Positions 1 to 11,610 of a DNA stretch of 64,000 bases are shown here, one piece after another. Position 1 is the stretch's first letter. Each line of letters starts with the position of its first letter. A model generated the notes under the pieces. That model did no database searches, was not told the origin of the DNA, and saw only the letters and a program-made list of their open reading frames with translations. Source of the stretch: Okamejei kenojei (lineage: Eukaryota); contig CM069148.1 in assembly GCA_035221665.1 (NCBI GenBank), forward strand, positions 35,030,001-35,094,000. Direction: 5' to 3'. A program made the translations under genes and the position numbers.

Positions 1-286
1 GTTTCCTACATGTTTTTCTTTACTCGGGGTTCATCATCGTACTGATGTGACTGCTTGGACCCACCACATATGCTACATAGGTTTTGGAGAAGTGTGAAGA
101 AGCCTCAGAGCATCTGGAAACCGTCACCAGGGGAACATGACGTCCACTCCTGGCACATTCAATTCAGTACCATAAAGCAAACAAGGCAGAAGGTTTAACA
201 CTCAACAGAGTAAAGCACCATACAAATTGGAGGAACTGCACCTCATATCTCATAGAAACACGGAAAAAAACAGGTGCAGGAATAGG

Positions 287-467
287 TAGACAAAAGTGCT
301 GGAGAAACTCAGCGGGTGCGGCAGCATCTATGGAGCGAAGGAAATAGGCAACGTTTCGGGCCGAAACATTACCTATTTCCTGCGCTCCATAGATGCTGCC
401 ACACCCGCTGAGTTTCTCCAGCACTTTTGTCTACCTTCGATTTTCCAGCATCTGCAATTCCTTCTTG
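287..467. mobile_element. Palindromic Penelope-derived mini-element with 18-bp TSD
   Basis: Near-perfect inverted arms across ~285-435; flanking AACAGGTGCAGGAATAGG at 269-286 and 468-485. Confidence 0.75.
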
Positions 468-1635
468 AACAGGTGCAGGAATAGGCCATTCAGCCCTTCA
501 AGCCAGCACCACCATTCAATATGATCATGGCTGGTCATATAAAATCAGTACCTCGTTCCTGCTTTATCCCCATATTCCTTGATTCCTTTAGCCCTAAGAG
601 CTAAATCTAACTCTCTCTTGAAAACATCCAGTAAATTGGCCTCCATTGCCATCTGTGGCAGAGAATTCCCAGATTCACAATTCTCCGGGTGAAAACATTT
701 TTCCTCATCTCAGTCCTAAATGGCCTACCACTTATTCTTAAAATGTGACCCCTGGTTCTGGACTCCCCCAACATTGGGAACATTTTCCCTGCATTTAGCC
801 TGTCCAATCCTTTAAGAAGGATTATATGTTACTATTAGATCCCCTTTCATCCTTCTAAATTCCAGTGAATACAAGCCCAGTCAACCCATTCTTTCATCAT
901 ATGTCAGTCCCGCCGTCCCAGGAATTAACCTGGTGCACCTACGCTGCACTCCCTCAATAGCAGAAATGTCCTTCCTCAAATTACGAGAGCAAAATTGCAC
1001 ACAATACTCCAGGTGCGGTCTCACCAGGGACCTGTTCAACTGCAGTAGGACCTCCTTGCTCCGAGACTCAAATCCTCTCGCAATGAAGGCCAACATGCCA
1101 TTAGCTCTCTTCACTGCCTGCTGTAACTGCATGCTTACTTTCAGTGACTGATGTACAAGCACACACAGGTCATGGTGCACCTCCCCTTTTCCTAATCTGA
1201 CACCAGTCAGATAACAATCTGCCTAACCTGTTCTTGCCACCAAAGTGAATAACCTCACATTTATCCACATTATACTGCATCTGCCTTGCGTCTGCCCACT
1301 CACCTGTGGAATTCTATGGAATTCTCTGTGGAATTCTCTGCCTCAGAGGGCGGTGGAGGCAGGTTCTCTGGATGCTTTCAAGAGAGAGCTAGATAGGGCT
1401 CTTAAAAATAGCGGAGTCAGGGGATATGGGGAGAAGGCAGGAACAGGGTACTGATTGGGGATGATCAGCCATGATCACATTGAATGGCGGTGCTGGCTCA
1501 AAGGGCCAAATGGCCTACTCCTGCACCTGTTGTCTATTGTCACCCAACTTATCCGTGTCACCCTGCAGCCTCATAGCATCCTCATTACAGCTCTCACAGC
1601 CACCCTGCTTTGTGTCATTCGCAAACTTGGAAATT
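468..1635 (-). mobile_element. CR1 (HER1-like) LINE 3' fragment, interrupted at 1305-1539
   Basis: Degenerate RT C-terminal peptides (VRPHLEYCVQF; SKFANDTK) plus CR1 3' tail. Confidence 0.9.
1305..1539 (+). mobile_element. CR1 3' end nested antisense in the CR1 above
   Basis: LWNSLPQRAVEA peptide plus tail ending ctattg; TCACC duplicated at 1300-1304 and 1540-1544. Confidence 0.85.
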
Positions 1636-3039
1636 TTCAGACTCTGCCACAGCTGGGTCAGCGGGTGCTTGCCCGGGGAGCTGTGTAGTGGGGAGGATTT
1701 GCGGTGCACTCTTTTGGCTGAGCTTCCAAGTGCTTCAAAAAGATTTGAGATTCTCAGTCCCACCCTGAATGCTTCATCACTATTTAGAACAGTCACTGGC
1801 CAAAGGTTTCCGCATCCCGCCTTGAGTGTGTCTGATGCTCATCTCTCGCTCGCCCCCGAAGATCGAGAACCGGAGGGAGGAGAGAGTCAGAGACACCAGG
1901 GGACGCTGGACAAAGGGACGGTAGGAGGAGGACTGGAGGGGGGGAGCTAACCTCAGGTATCTTTAAAGTCGGCTGTGGGAGGCGGACCCTAAGGCACGAA
2001 GGCCGAAGGACCGGAGAGGAGAGGGAAGGGTCGATGGCGAACTGTATGCGGGGGAGAGTCAGTCGGGCCGAGGACGGGCCGCAGAGAGACAGCGTGCTGA
2101 GGTTGGGCCGCCAGTAACAAGGAGGGACCCAGCAGGGCGAGAGACTGCTGAGAACTAAGAAAACCATCGGGATTCGAATGATTACTTTCTTAACTTCGCC
2201 GGTGCCAGATACGTGGCGACTCTTTGCGCGCTTTGTGTATTGTATGCAACAACAAAGAATTTCACTGCACCTAGTCACATGTGACAATAAAGTACCATTG
2301 AATCAATAAGGTTGTTTTTACCACGGAGAAAGGCATGAAGACTAGGGAACTTTGGAATGTTAATGGCGATGAATGGCGGGTGAACAGTCTATGTTACAGT
2401 CGAGGAGGTGCTGGATGTCCTAAAAGGTATGAACATAGATAAATCTCCCAGACCTGATCAGGTATATCCCAGGATGCTGCAGGAAGCTAGAAGGGAAATT
2501 GCAGGAGAACTGGCTGAGTTATATTGATTGATTAATTGATTGAAAGAAACAGCATGGAAACAGGCCCTTTGGCCCACCGAGCCCATGCCGTCCATTGATC
2601 ACCCGTTCACAATAGTTCTATATTGTCTCAATTTCTCAACCACTCGCTATACACTAGGAACAATTTTACAGAGTCCGATTAACTTACACACCCGCACGTC
2701 TTTAAGATGTTGGAGGAAACCGGGGCACCCGGAGGAAAAGCGAGCAAGCAAGAGGGATATTAGATAAGAGCAAGCAAAAGTGGCGTCTTGGTTGGCATGG
2801 ACGAGTTGTGCGGAGAAGATTTTTTCGATGCTTTGTGACTCTATGTTACATTTTTTCAAAGAAGTTTTAAGAACACCCTTGAAATATTTCCACCTGGCAC
2901 CTGGTAATCTTTGCCATTACAGTGAAGCACTCGGAGTAGAAGTGGGAGCTGGGTTTCAGATATGCAAATAAAATGGTACACACACACACACACAATGGAG
3001 CTGAATAAGTGTAATTTATTGAATCTGATCTCCCCGTTG

Positions 3040-3478
3040 CTAAACACTTTGATTCTCCTTCCCATTCTCACACTGATCTCCTCCATTGTCAGTGAGGTTA
3101 AATGCAAGTTGGAGGAACAGTATCTTATATTTTGCTTGGGCAGCTCACAGCCTAGTGGTATGAATATTGATTTGTCTTCTTAAACTTAAAGTAACCCCAG
3201 CATTCCCTCTGTCTCTCTATCTCTCCACTACCCAAGTCACACCAGCTTTTCATTTTCACCCTACACCCTAACAATGGCCTGTTTCCTTTATCATCGTTAC
3301 TTTTTTGCATATCTTTCATTCATTGTTCTTTATCTCTCTACATCATCGTCTATATCTCTCATTTCCCTTTTCCCTAAGTAGTCTGAAGAAGGGTCTCGAC
3401 CCAAAACGTCACCCGTTCTTTCTCTCCAGAGATGCTGCCTGTCCCGCCGAGTTACTCCAAGCTTTTTGTGTCTATCTT
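3040..3478 (+). mobile_element. Penelope-like element 3' end (ORF C-terminus plus hammerhead-like terminus)
   Basis: SEVKCKLEEQYLIFCLGSSQPSGMNID resembles the end of the Penelope GIY-YIG domain (E..I..L....P.G.N). It is followed by CTGAAGAAGGGTCTCGACCCAAAACGTC at 3383. Confidence 0.75.
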
Positions 3479-5344
3479 AAGTGTAATTAAGATCTCACTG
3501 CTGTGAATGTCAACTCCAGGAGAGGACACTGACATCAGTCGGGTTATGCTACAAATACCTTGGATACTTTGCGGAGAGTGCATATGAGGTATTGATTCAT
3601 TGTTTGAAATATTGGACAATACAGTTGTTTGATATATTCTGACAAAGCACTCAATGACAAATCACCCTCACACAAGAATAAGACAATGTAATTCCATGAC
3701 ACAAAGTATTGGAGTAATCCTATGGATCAGGCAGCATCTCTGGAGAACATTGATAGGTGACATTTCAGGTAGGGTCCAAAAAAGGGTCCCAGCCCGAAAC
3801 ATCACCTGTGCATCTTCTCTAGAGATGCTGCCTGACCCACTGAGTTACTCCAGCATTTTGTGACTATCTTCGAGTTACTCCAGCTCTCTCCGTTCCTGCA
3901 ACTGGAAGCATGACACGCTGCGTCAGCTCATGGGATAACCTGATGGAAGTGGAGCGTGGTGCAGTGGGAACCCTGCACAGTGACTAAGCAACCGAGACAC
4001 GCTTTGCCAGAGCGCTCTCCCCGATGCTGTTTTTCTGCTGTCCATTGCTGCGCTGCTTGCCACCATCAACACGAGCGCAGGCCTCGATCCGCTATAACCT
4101 AAATCCATTATAAAGAGGTCTATAACAGTGAGGGTTTTACTGTACACTGTCAGTCTTAAACAACAGAAATTCGGATACAGCACCTGTGTCAAAATGTACT
4201 ATCTCGAGTAGACTGGCACAACTTGTGCATTAAATAAACTGCACATGGGGACAATTGCCTGAATGCACACAGGAATTCAGAGAAGCAGATCTAACTTAGC
4301 AACCAGGCTGGTAACTGCAATCCACAAACTAGTCTAACTGCAAGTTCCAAGATCTTGCATAAAACACACCATACATAAAATAACCTTAATATTAGTCTCA
4401 CAAAACTGGTAAATAAATTAGCCAAATCTGCAGGACTCTTCTCAAAGGCGCACCTTCGGCATTAACCAAGGGCATGAAGGACCGGTTTGGCTCCAATAGC
4501 CAACTCTGAATAAACATCGCCCATTGCTGCTCTCCAGAGATGCTGATTGTCCCGCTGAGTTACTCCAGCATTTTGTTTCTATTTTCCGTGTAAATTCATC
4601 GTCCCTCACCAACAATTGGCCGATTATAGAATCACCCAGCCGGAGGTGAACTGTCGTCAGTCCTGATTTGTCCTGGTCTTCTCATGCTTCCAGTTTCCAA
4701 CCACCCCAACCTACAATCAGTCTGAAAAGTCACCTGTCCATTTTCTCCAGAGATGCTACCTGACCCGCTGAGTTCTCCAGTATTTGTGTCTATCTTCGGT
4801 GTAAACCAGTGTCTGCATCGTTTTTATTACATTTTAACCCAGATTTAATGAAGCAATTCAATGTCGACAGGGTCAAGTGCTGCAAATGTAATGACGTGGA
4901 ATGTTCCCCAACCCAAAAGAGATTTCTCTCATTTTAAGTAATCCCTGCATTCCTTCTCTCCTACCTACCCCATCCTAGTCATCTTACTAGTTCTAATGTT
5001 TGCATCCTTGTATCTCTTCATTATCTCCACTTCCCCAGCCAACAATGGGCCATTTTGTGCTCCCCCCCCCCCAGCCTCAGTCATGTGTTACCGGCCCTGT
5101 TTTGTTCTGGCCTTTTCTTACCCCTGGTTCCCTCCCCCTATTTCTCAGTCTGAAGAAGGGTCCAGACCTGAAATGTCACCCATCCTTTCGCCAGAGATGC
5201 TGCCTGACCCGTTGAGTTACTCCAGCACTTTGTGTCTTTCTTAGAGACATTATTATGTGTTGTTCAAATTAGTGATATGCAACACAACATTCCCGGAGCA
5301 TACTTTATTACAGTGAGGTAAACCACAATCTATTGACACTGTAC

Positions 5345-5548
5345 CTTGTTCTTCAGGACTGTCTGCCTCCCCTATTGGATTGCCCTCCAAATGCACAAAG
5401 GGGAAATTCTGAATCTCAGGAGGCACCAATCGCAGACTATTGTTCTGCAGAGCAAGTCTTGACAAGTTGGGGAGGTCTGCAAGGCTTGCCAGGACCGTTA
5501 CTAGTTGATTGCTGTGCAGATGCAATTCCCCAAGAGATGTCATGTTTG
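5345..5548 (-). CDS. PIDD1: PIDD1 coding exon 3 (last LRRs); gene continues beyond the left end
   Basis: ANMTSLGELHLHSNQL...PFVHLEGNPIGEA matches human LHSNLL...PFVRLQGNPLGEA. cctgcAG acceptor, GTACAG donor, 204 nt. ZU5/death-domain exons not found in 1-5344. Confidence 0.92.
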
Positions 5549-5685
5549 CTGCAGGCAGGAATATCAAGGTTTGTGCCACATATAAATGTTTTTTCAAATA
5601 TATTATTGCCACAACTATTACACTACACCAGCATCTAAAATATTGGAATCTGCACCAAAATCTTAAAAATTAAAGCATATTAAAA

Positions 5686-5716
5686 ATATATATATATATA
5701 TATATAAATATATATA
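5686..5716. repeat. (TA)n microsatellite
   Basis: Read directly; (CA)n tracts also at ~2978-2994 and ~6846-6866, (TG)n at ~12864-12881. Confidence 0.9.
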
Positions 5717-6268
5717 GCAAGTGATAAACATTAAACAAGCTTCTAACCTGCGATTTAGGTGCTAGTTCAAACAATCAATGATCCTGTCAAAACATTATTT
5801 TTTTAAATTCCTATCTTGTCAGTGAAAGATATTACATATACCAAATTCATTCGAAAACTGAGAGCGATCATACTATTCTGTAATAAAAATTCAATTCAAC
5901 CCTTTTTGCACATTATTATCTCAACATTTTCACTGATTTCAACAGCTTAATATTCTGTAATAAAAAGGAACCACAGATGCTGGTTTATACCAAAGATAGA
6001 CAAAAATGCTTAAGTAACTCAGTGGGTCAGGCAGCATCTCTTTAGAAAATGGATAAGTGACGTTCCAGTTCATGAGCCTTCTTTAATTCTGACCCGAAAC
6101 ATCACCTATCCATGTACTCCAGAGATGCTGCCTGACCCGCTGAGCCACTCTAGCAATTTGTGTCTCTCTTTCCCATAATATTCTGCATGATCTTACGTTA
6201 ATAGGCTATTCGAGATTTCAAGTTATATCTGCACTCCAGTAATCAGAGTTGTTGTCCAATTAACTTAC

Positions 6269-6682
6269 CAAGTGAGGATGGGAGAGTTTTCAGTCGATTC
6301 CCTGAAAGGTCTATCCAGGTACAACTGCAGAGGTTCCCTATCTCGTCGGGAAGCAATTCCAGTTCGTTTTCGGACAAGTCTGCTCTCTGAAGCGCTACAA
6401 GTTCACCAACGCTTGCGGGCAGCACCCTCAGCTGGTTTTTCATCAGGGAAAGAAAAGTCAGTTTTACCAGCTTGCCAATGCTGTCGGGCAGCGCAGCCAG
6501 CTTGTTGTGACTCAGCAAGAGCACCGTCAGCTCCTTTAACTCCGTCACACATTCAGGCAAAGAGGTGAAGCTGTTGAAGCTCAGATCCAAATGGGTCAAG
6601 TGCTGGAGATGTGTAAACTCCGCAGGCAAAGTTGTTACCAGACCAGGCAGACACATGCCATATTCATCCCATAGATGACCAC
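6269..6682 (-). CDS. PIDD1: PIDD1 coding exon 2 (leucine-rich repeats)
   Basis: GGHLWDEYGMCLPG...HLDLSFNSFTSLPECV...LLLSHNKLAALPDSIG...DLSGNRLKTLPSSL, LRRs collinear with human PIDD1. ttcactAG acceptor, GTAAGT donor, 414 nt, phase 1/1. Confidence 0.95.
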
Positions 6683-7118
6683 CTAGTGAAGTAAATGTAA
6701 CAGGTATTGAAAAAAGGTGCAATGCAGCATCGTATTCACAGTCCTTGGAAGTGTCCACATCCATTGATAATCACGCCGACAACAGATCTGTCGTAGTGAT
6801 AATTATCAATCGCAAACATTCTGACAGCCACACCCCCCCAATGTTCACACACACACACACACACACTAATTCAAAGAACATTATTACTTTTCGAAAAATA
6901 AACATGCATTTTTTACACCAATTCACTAGCCAATAAAAATTATACGTCATGAATCACAGTAGTTTAGAAATCAAATGTATTGGGGTGATAATCTATGATA
7001 AAGCTCATTTATACTACACCCAGAAAATTATATTACATGTAAATACAAAAATATTTAAAATGTGTACATTTAAATATAATGGATGAAACGGCTGCACAAG
7101 TAAACCTAGTTCCAGTAC

Positions 7119-7362
7119 CTTTAAGCACGAGTGATTTCAGCTGCCTTAGTTCAGGAATGATGGAAAGTGATGAACTGATCTCCTCCTCATTGCAGTTTAG
7201 CCGTAGAAACTCAATCTGTAGTAATTCCTCCCTGCGAGCATTGCACAGCACCAAAAAGTGCTTGGTGCCATTTGGATAGACGTCTAAATTCAGCCTGTTG
7301 TCTGCCAGGTACACCTCTGCCGCAGTGCCGGTGTCTGCCTCCCAAGATAACAACTCCGCCAT
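7119..7362 (-). CDS. PIDD1: PIDD1 coding exon 1 (ATG exon)
   Basis: MAELLSWEAD...YLADNRLNLDVYPNG...LLQIEFLRL...LKSLVLKG matches the PIDD1 N-terminus (human NRLSLDLYPGG...LLQVEFLRL...LRSLVLKG). ATG at 7362 in AAGATGG context; GT donor at 7118 (phase 1); upstream acceptors would start the exon at 7459 or 7454. Confidence 0.92.
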
Positions 7363-7530
7363 CTTCAACCATGGCTCAGCTGTGCGACGTGCGTGTTCCA
7401 ACACGCCAGGCAGACATTACATGTTTTTCACAACTGTTCTCCCTCAAGAATAGCCTGCACTGCAAATAATTGATAAAATAAGAAAGGCATAAGTTAACAA
7501 ACACGTTAGCTAATTGGTTCACTTCTAGGC

Positions 7531-7789
7531 CAGTGGTTGTCAAAGTGGGTGGTACTGGCCCCTGGGGGTCTGTGGGATTACCGAGGGGGTGATAAGAGGT
7601 AAGGGGTTGGCAGGGGGGCATTGGGCAAGAAAGGTGTCAGTGCGTCCTTGACATGCTTATAAGGCCGGTTGGTTGTTAGCTGCTGAGCGCTCAACTGACG
7701 TTCTCTTTTTTTGCTAAAATAGTATTTCTTGGAACTTTTCAAAGCTGTATCACTCAATCAAGACCATCCATCGCTTTGAGAATTTACTG
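7531..7789. mobile_element. Possible old hAT/Charlie-type MITE
   Basis: Ends CAGTGGTTGTCAAAG ... CTTTGAGAATTTACTG form imperfect TIRs; no 8-bp TSD visible. Confidence 0.35.
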
Positions 7790-7840
7790 AACAGTCACGT
7801 ACTGCATTTGAAATGAACCCAAGGTTATAAAGTAGATTCT

Positions 7841-8132
7841 GGGCGGCACAGTGGCGCAGCGGCAGAGTTGCTGCCTGCAGTGCCAGAGACTCGGGTTTAA
7901 TCCTGACTATGGGTGCTGTCTGCGCGGAGTTTGCATGTTCTCCCTGTGGCCGGATGTAGGTTTTAACCGGGTGCTCCGGTTTCCTCCCACATTCCAAAGA
8001 TGTGTAGGTTTGTCAGTTAAATTGTTCCTAGTGTGTAGGATAGTGCTAGTGTACAGGTGAGTGTTGGTCAACGCAGTCTTAGTGGGCCAATAGGCCGGTT
8101 TCCACACCGTACCTCTAAAGTAAACTAAACTA
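7841..8132 (+). mobile_element. tRNA-derived V-SINE (HE1-like)
   Basis: A-box/B-box head, V-domain GGAGTTTGCATGTTCTCCC...CTCCGGTTTCCTCCCAC, (AAACT)n tail. Confidence 0.85.
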
Positions 8133-8149
8133 GAAAGAACAATGGCTAA

Positions 8150-8250
8150 TTATCATCCATCAAGATCCCAGAATCGGCAAATAAATATGGTTACGGATCA
8201 AATGTTTTACATGTTGTTTGAGAGATAAATATTGGCCATTGGGGAAACAT
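8150..8250. mobile_element. Ancient Deu-domain SINE remnant
   Basis: caagatccca...gagataaatattggcca resembles the Deu domain of AmnSINE1/SacSINE1 (recalled consensus); similar remnant near 56225-56375. Confidence 0.45.
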
Positions 8251-8638
8251 TCATGTTTTAATTAGAGACTGAGAACTCTTTTAACACCACTCAAGGTACA
8301 TTTGAAAGATGACATTGCAATATTCTCTCTTTGTCGCAGCCTTTGTATCTCAGAGAAAGTTTACATTTATCTAACAACCTGTAACTCCCATTAAATTAAT
8401 CTGGACTATCAGTCTATTTTCAATCGGGCCTGCTTGCAACTCCCATCTAAACACGACTTGCATTTACAAAGCATCTACAATTTTAAACAATTTAAGAGGA
8501 TGTTATCAAACAAAGATTGAACTATTTAAAGAAACATTGAGACGTTTAGTCGAAAAGATGAGTTTTCCATTGTGTAAACTTTCTTTAAAACCTTGCCTCA
8601 CCTACCAACATGAAGTAATTGTAAAATTACTTGTGCAA

Positions 8639-8711
8639 AGCCACAACCAGCTGGCTGCATTGCCTGACAGCAATGGCAAGCTGGTAAAACTGACTTTTCT
8701 TTCCCTGATGA
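8639..8711 (+). repeat. Inverted partial copy of PIDD1 coding exon 2 (6440-6512)
   Basis: 67/73 nt identical to the reverse complement of 6440-6512; translates as SHNQLAALPDSNGKLVKLTFLSLM. Confidence 0.95.
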
Positions 8712-9020
8712 GAAAAATTGTAAATTGTGACTGACTTGTGTCGGCATCAGTGTTTATGGAGAGTAGTCAACAGTCTCTGTAGATTTCTGCAGTCAAAGCA
8801 TTTAGTGACGTTAAAATATGACAAAGCGACTGGAGTTGTTCCCTGCATTTTTCTTGAAGTTGTTGCTAGGTGAAGATCATGCCCATGAAACTCTAGATGG
8901 ATATAATTCATTTGATGATTCATAGAACAATTAAGTACAAGTTAAGCAGCAGGAAGACCCCATCTCCATTATCATGGTCAGGCTTCTCTATCTTCTTGAA
9001 GATAGCCGCAATTGTAGCAT

Positions 9021-9250
9021 ATGGTGGCACAGTGGTAGAGTTGCTACCTCACAATGCAGGAGACGCAGGTTTGATCCTGACCTCGGGTGCTGTCTGTACG
9101 GAGTTTGTGCGTTCTGCCCGTGACTGCGTGGGTTTTCTTTGTGGCGCTCCCGTTTCTGCCCAATTTCCAAAGACGTGCCGGTTTGTAAGTTAAGTAGCTT
9201 CAGTAAATTGGTCCGAGTGTGTAGGATGCGAAACTGGGATAACATAGAAC
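9021..9250 (+). mobile_element. V-SINE
   Basis: Same head and V-domain as 7841-8132. Confidence 0.8.
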
Positions 9251-9409
9251 CGGTGTCACCTATTCCTTTTCTCCAGAGATGTTGTCTGACCCGCTGAGTT
9301 ACTCCACCTTTTTGTGTCTATCTTTGGTTTAAACCATCATCTGCAGTTCCTCCCTACACAAGGACAAAGTCTGAGTTGTGCAGGTGTTTAGAGCATCATA
9401 TCGTGAGCA

Positions 9410-9715
9410 TGTTTACTCCCACCAGACTCAGGAAGATCTTCTTCCCGTCTGTTATCAGACTTTTGAACAGTCATTCCGTAAACTAGTGTATTGTCCGAAT
9501 AACCTCTACCCCATTGTTCACATAGACTTTGTCTCTGGAACTGATGCGCTACAATGCTGAGGACTATATTCTGCACCTTATATCCTCCCCTTTGCTTAAC
9601 CTATTGTATCTGAGTTTGGCTTGATTGTATTTATGTACATTATCCAATTTGATTGGATAGCATGAAAAACAGAGCTTTTCACTGTCGTTTGGTGAACGTG
9701 ACAATGATAAACTTC
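9410..9715 (+). mobile_element. Rex1/Babar-type LINE 3' end
   Basis: accagactcaggaagatcttcttccc... followed by a tail ending tttcactgt...tgacaat(g)ataaac. Confidence 0.55.
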
Positions 9716-11324
9716 GACCGAAACCACCAGATCCCAACTCCTAATGTGGAGTAAGGGCTTGCGTGCTTGTTCTGAAAGTAGCCTTGAGAGGGTGAAGAAC
9801 ATGCACATGTCATGGCTGTCAGTGAACCTCTTGCACTTTCTCTATTCACCATGTGTTCTTGACAGCTCTAATGTTCCGAAGGCTAATGTCTAGGGAGCCA
9901 GGACGCTGCTTCATGTTTCTAGGGTTTTTTTTTAATGCATTAAAGGCACAAATTAAATGCAAGTTATTGCAACACAAACCGCATACCGACACACCCTGCG
10001 AAGCTAAAATGCCCGATATTGCAAAGTACAACTGGGGATAAAGTCCCTTTAAGAAAACACCACACGACCTTCTTACCCAGGAAGTTACAGGGCAGAATTA
10101 TCCAAATATCATACACCTACCCTGACAATGGATTGATGCAAATCTAAATATGAAACAGTTTGCAATTTAACATCTACGATCGCTGTCCCCCACGGAAACG
10201 GAACGATGTATTCGGCCTGTGGAGACAAAAAATAAAGTAGAAAAAAATCTGTTCCTGATCATACGTCAGCACTGTACAGAAATGCGCCGGATGCAGAGGG
10301 AACTGGGAAGCTTGAAATAAAAGTTTTTCACGAGTTTAAGGCGCCCCGGATGGTTAGGTTTGAGTCACCGCTTTTTGCAGGAAGGGACCACACTGCTCTC
10401 TCGCCCAGTTTTTCTTTAACCGCCTTCGGGGAGACTATTCCCGCTCAATGGCGCTTTACCAGTTGCTGCATTCCATGGTTTGCAATTAACATTATCCAGA
10501 GTTAGGTTTGTTGCAGCTTCGCGACGTTTCTTGGTTCAAAACATTTCCGATCGAAGTCTTTTTCCTTCCTTGTTGTAAAGGGTCACCGGGCTGTTTGGTC
10601 GTCGTTATTTACTCGACCACGTAGTCGCATGCACTCACAGTGACAGATGCCTCCCACACACTCAAAGTTTGTATCATTCAAAAGAGGCTACAATGGTGCC
10701 TTGTCTGTGGAATGTATTAATACTTCAAATGTATCGACCCGACATTCCTAGGAATGTACAGACCGGACGATGCCACGAATACACAGAAAACCATTCACTG
10801 TTTTTGTCTTTCTATTTGAAAAAAATGAACTTATCTTTTTCAAATAAAAACAAAACTGCTTCAGGTGTGAACCATGTAAATAGCGCTCTGCATCTGAGCC
10901 CGGCGACAAGGTGACAGATGGCGATGCTTCAGATCAAGCTGAAGCTTCCGCGCCACTGGCTTTGCAAATAACCCGCTGGCATTCTTCAAACGGGAAACGA
11001 TCATTTAAACTGAAGATATTAATTTTTTTTAGCATTGAAATCCATTACTGATCGTGAATGACCTGTTTCGTTCACTCGCTTAAAGTACGTGTACACAGTC
11101 ACACACGTACAGTATGCACACACACGCATGCATAATTTTACTTCACTGTGCAAATACATTTTTTAAACTTACTGTGAATTTCCTGTACTAATATTCCTCT
11201 TGGTACATACATGACCCGTGTCTACCAATATCCAAAAATATCCAGGGATGCTACCTGACCGGCTGAGTTACTCCAGCATGTCGTGTCTTTCCAAAAATAC
11301 CAATTTTAGTGTTTTTTTTGTTGT

Positions 11325-11610
11325 TTAGAGATGCAGCATGGAAACAGGTCCTTCGGACTAGCGAGTCCACACTGACCATCGTTCATCCATTCACACCAGT
11401 TCTATGTTATCCCACTTTCTCATCCACTCCCTGCACGCTAGGGGAATATGCAGGAAACCGGAGCAGCCGGAGGAAACCCACGCGGTCACAGGGAGAACAT
11501 GCAAACTCCTCACCGACAGCACCCCAGAACAGGATCAAACATGGGTAAGAACAGGATCAAATCTGGTGCTGTGAGGCAGTGGCTCAACCATGTGCAGCAC
11601 AGCGCTGCCC
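11325..11610 (-). mobile_element. V-SINE
   Basis: Reverse complement of the V-SINE head and V-domain. Confidence 0.8.

Noticed and set aside
164-484. Near-identical proteins on opposite strands (MLEKLSGCGSIYG...)
   Set aside because: Artefact of the palindromic Penelope-derived element; not genes.
2856-2960. Possible next PIDD1 exon (GNISRVFL resembles MPRLFL)
   Set aside because: The required phase-1 frame from the nearest acceptor hits a stop, and the similar frame stops before a donor.
3890-4192. GC-richer stretch as a PIDD1 ZU5 exon
   Set aside because: No ZU5-like translation or matching splice sites seen.
7841-7915. tRNA-like sequences here and at many other sites
   Set aside because: They are V-SINE heads, each followed by the V-domain; no complete cloverleaf.
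8537-8734. ORF with an LRR as a separate gene or PIDD1 paralogue
   Set aside because: Only ~24 codons are PIDD1-like, with no splice context; treated as a local inverted copy.
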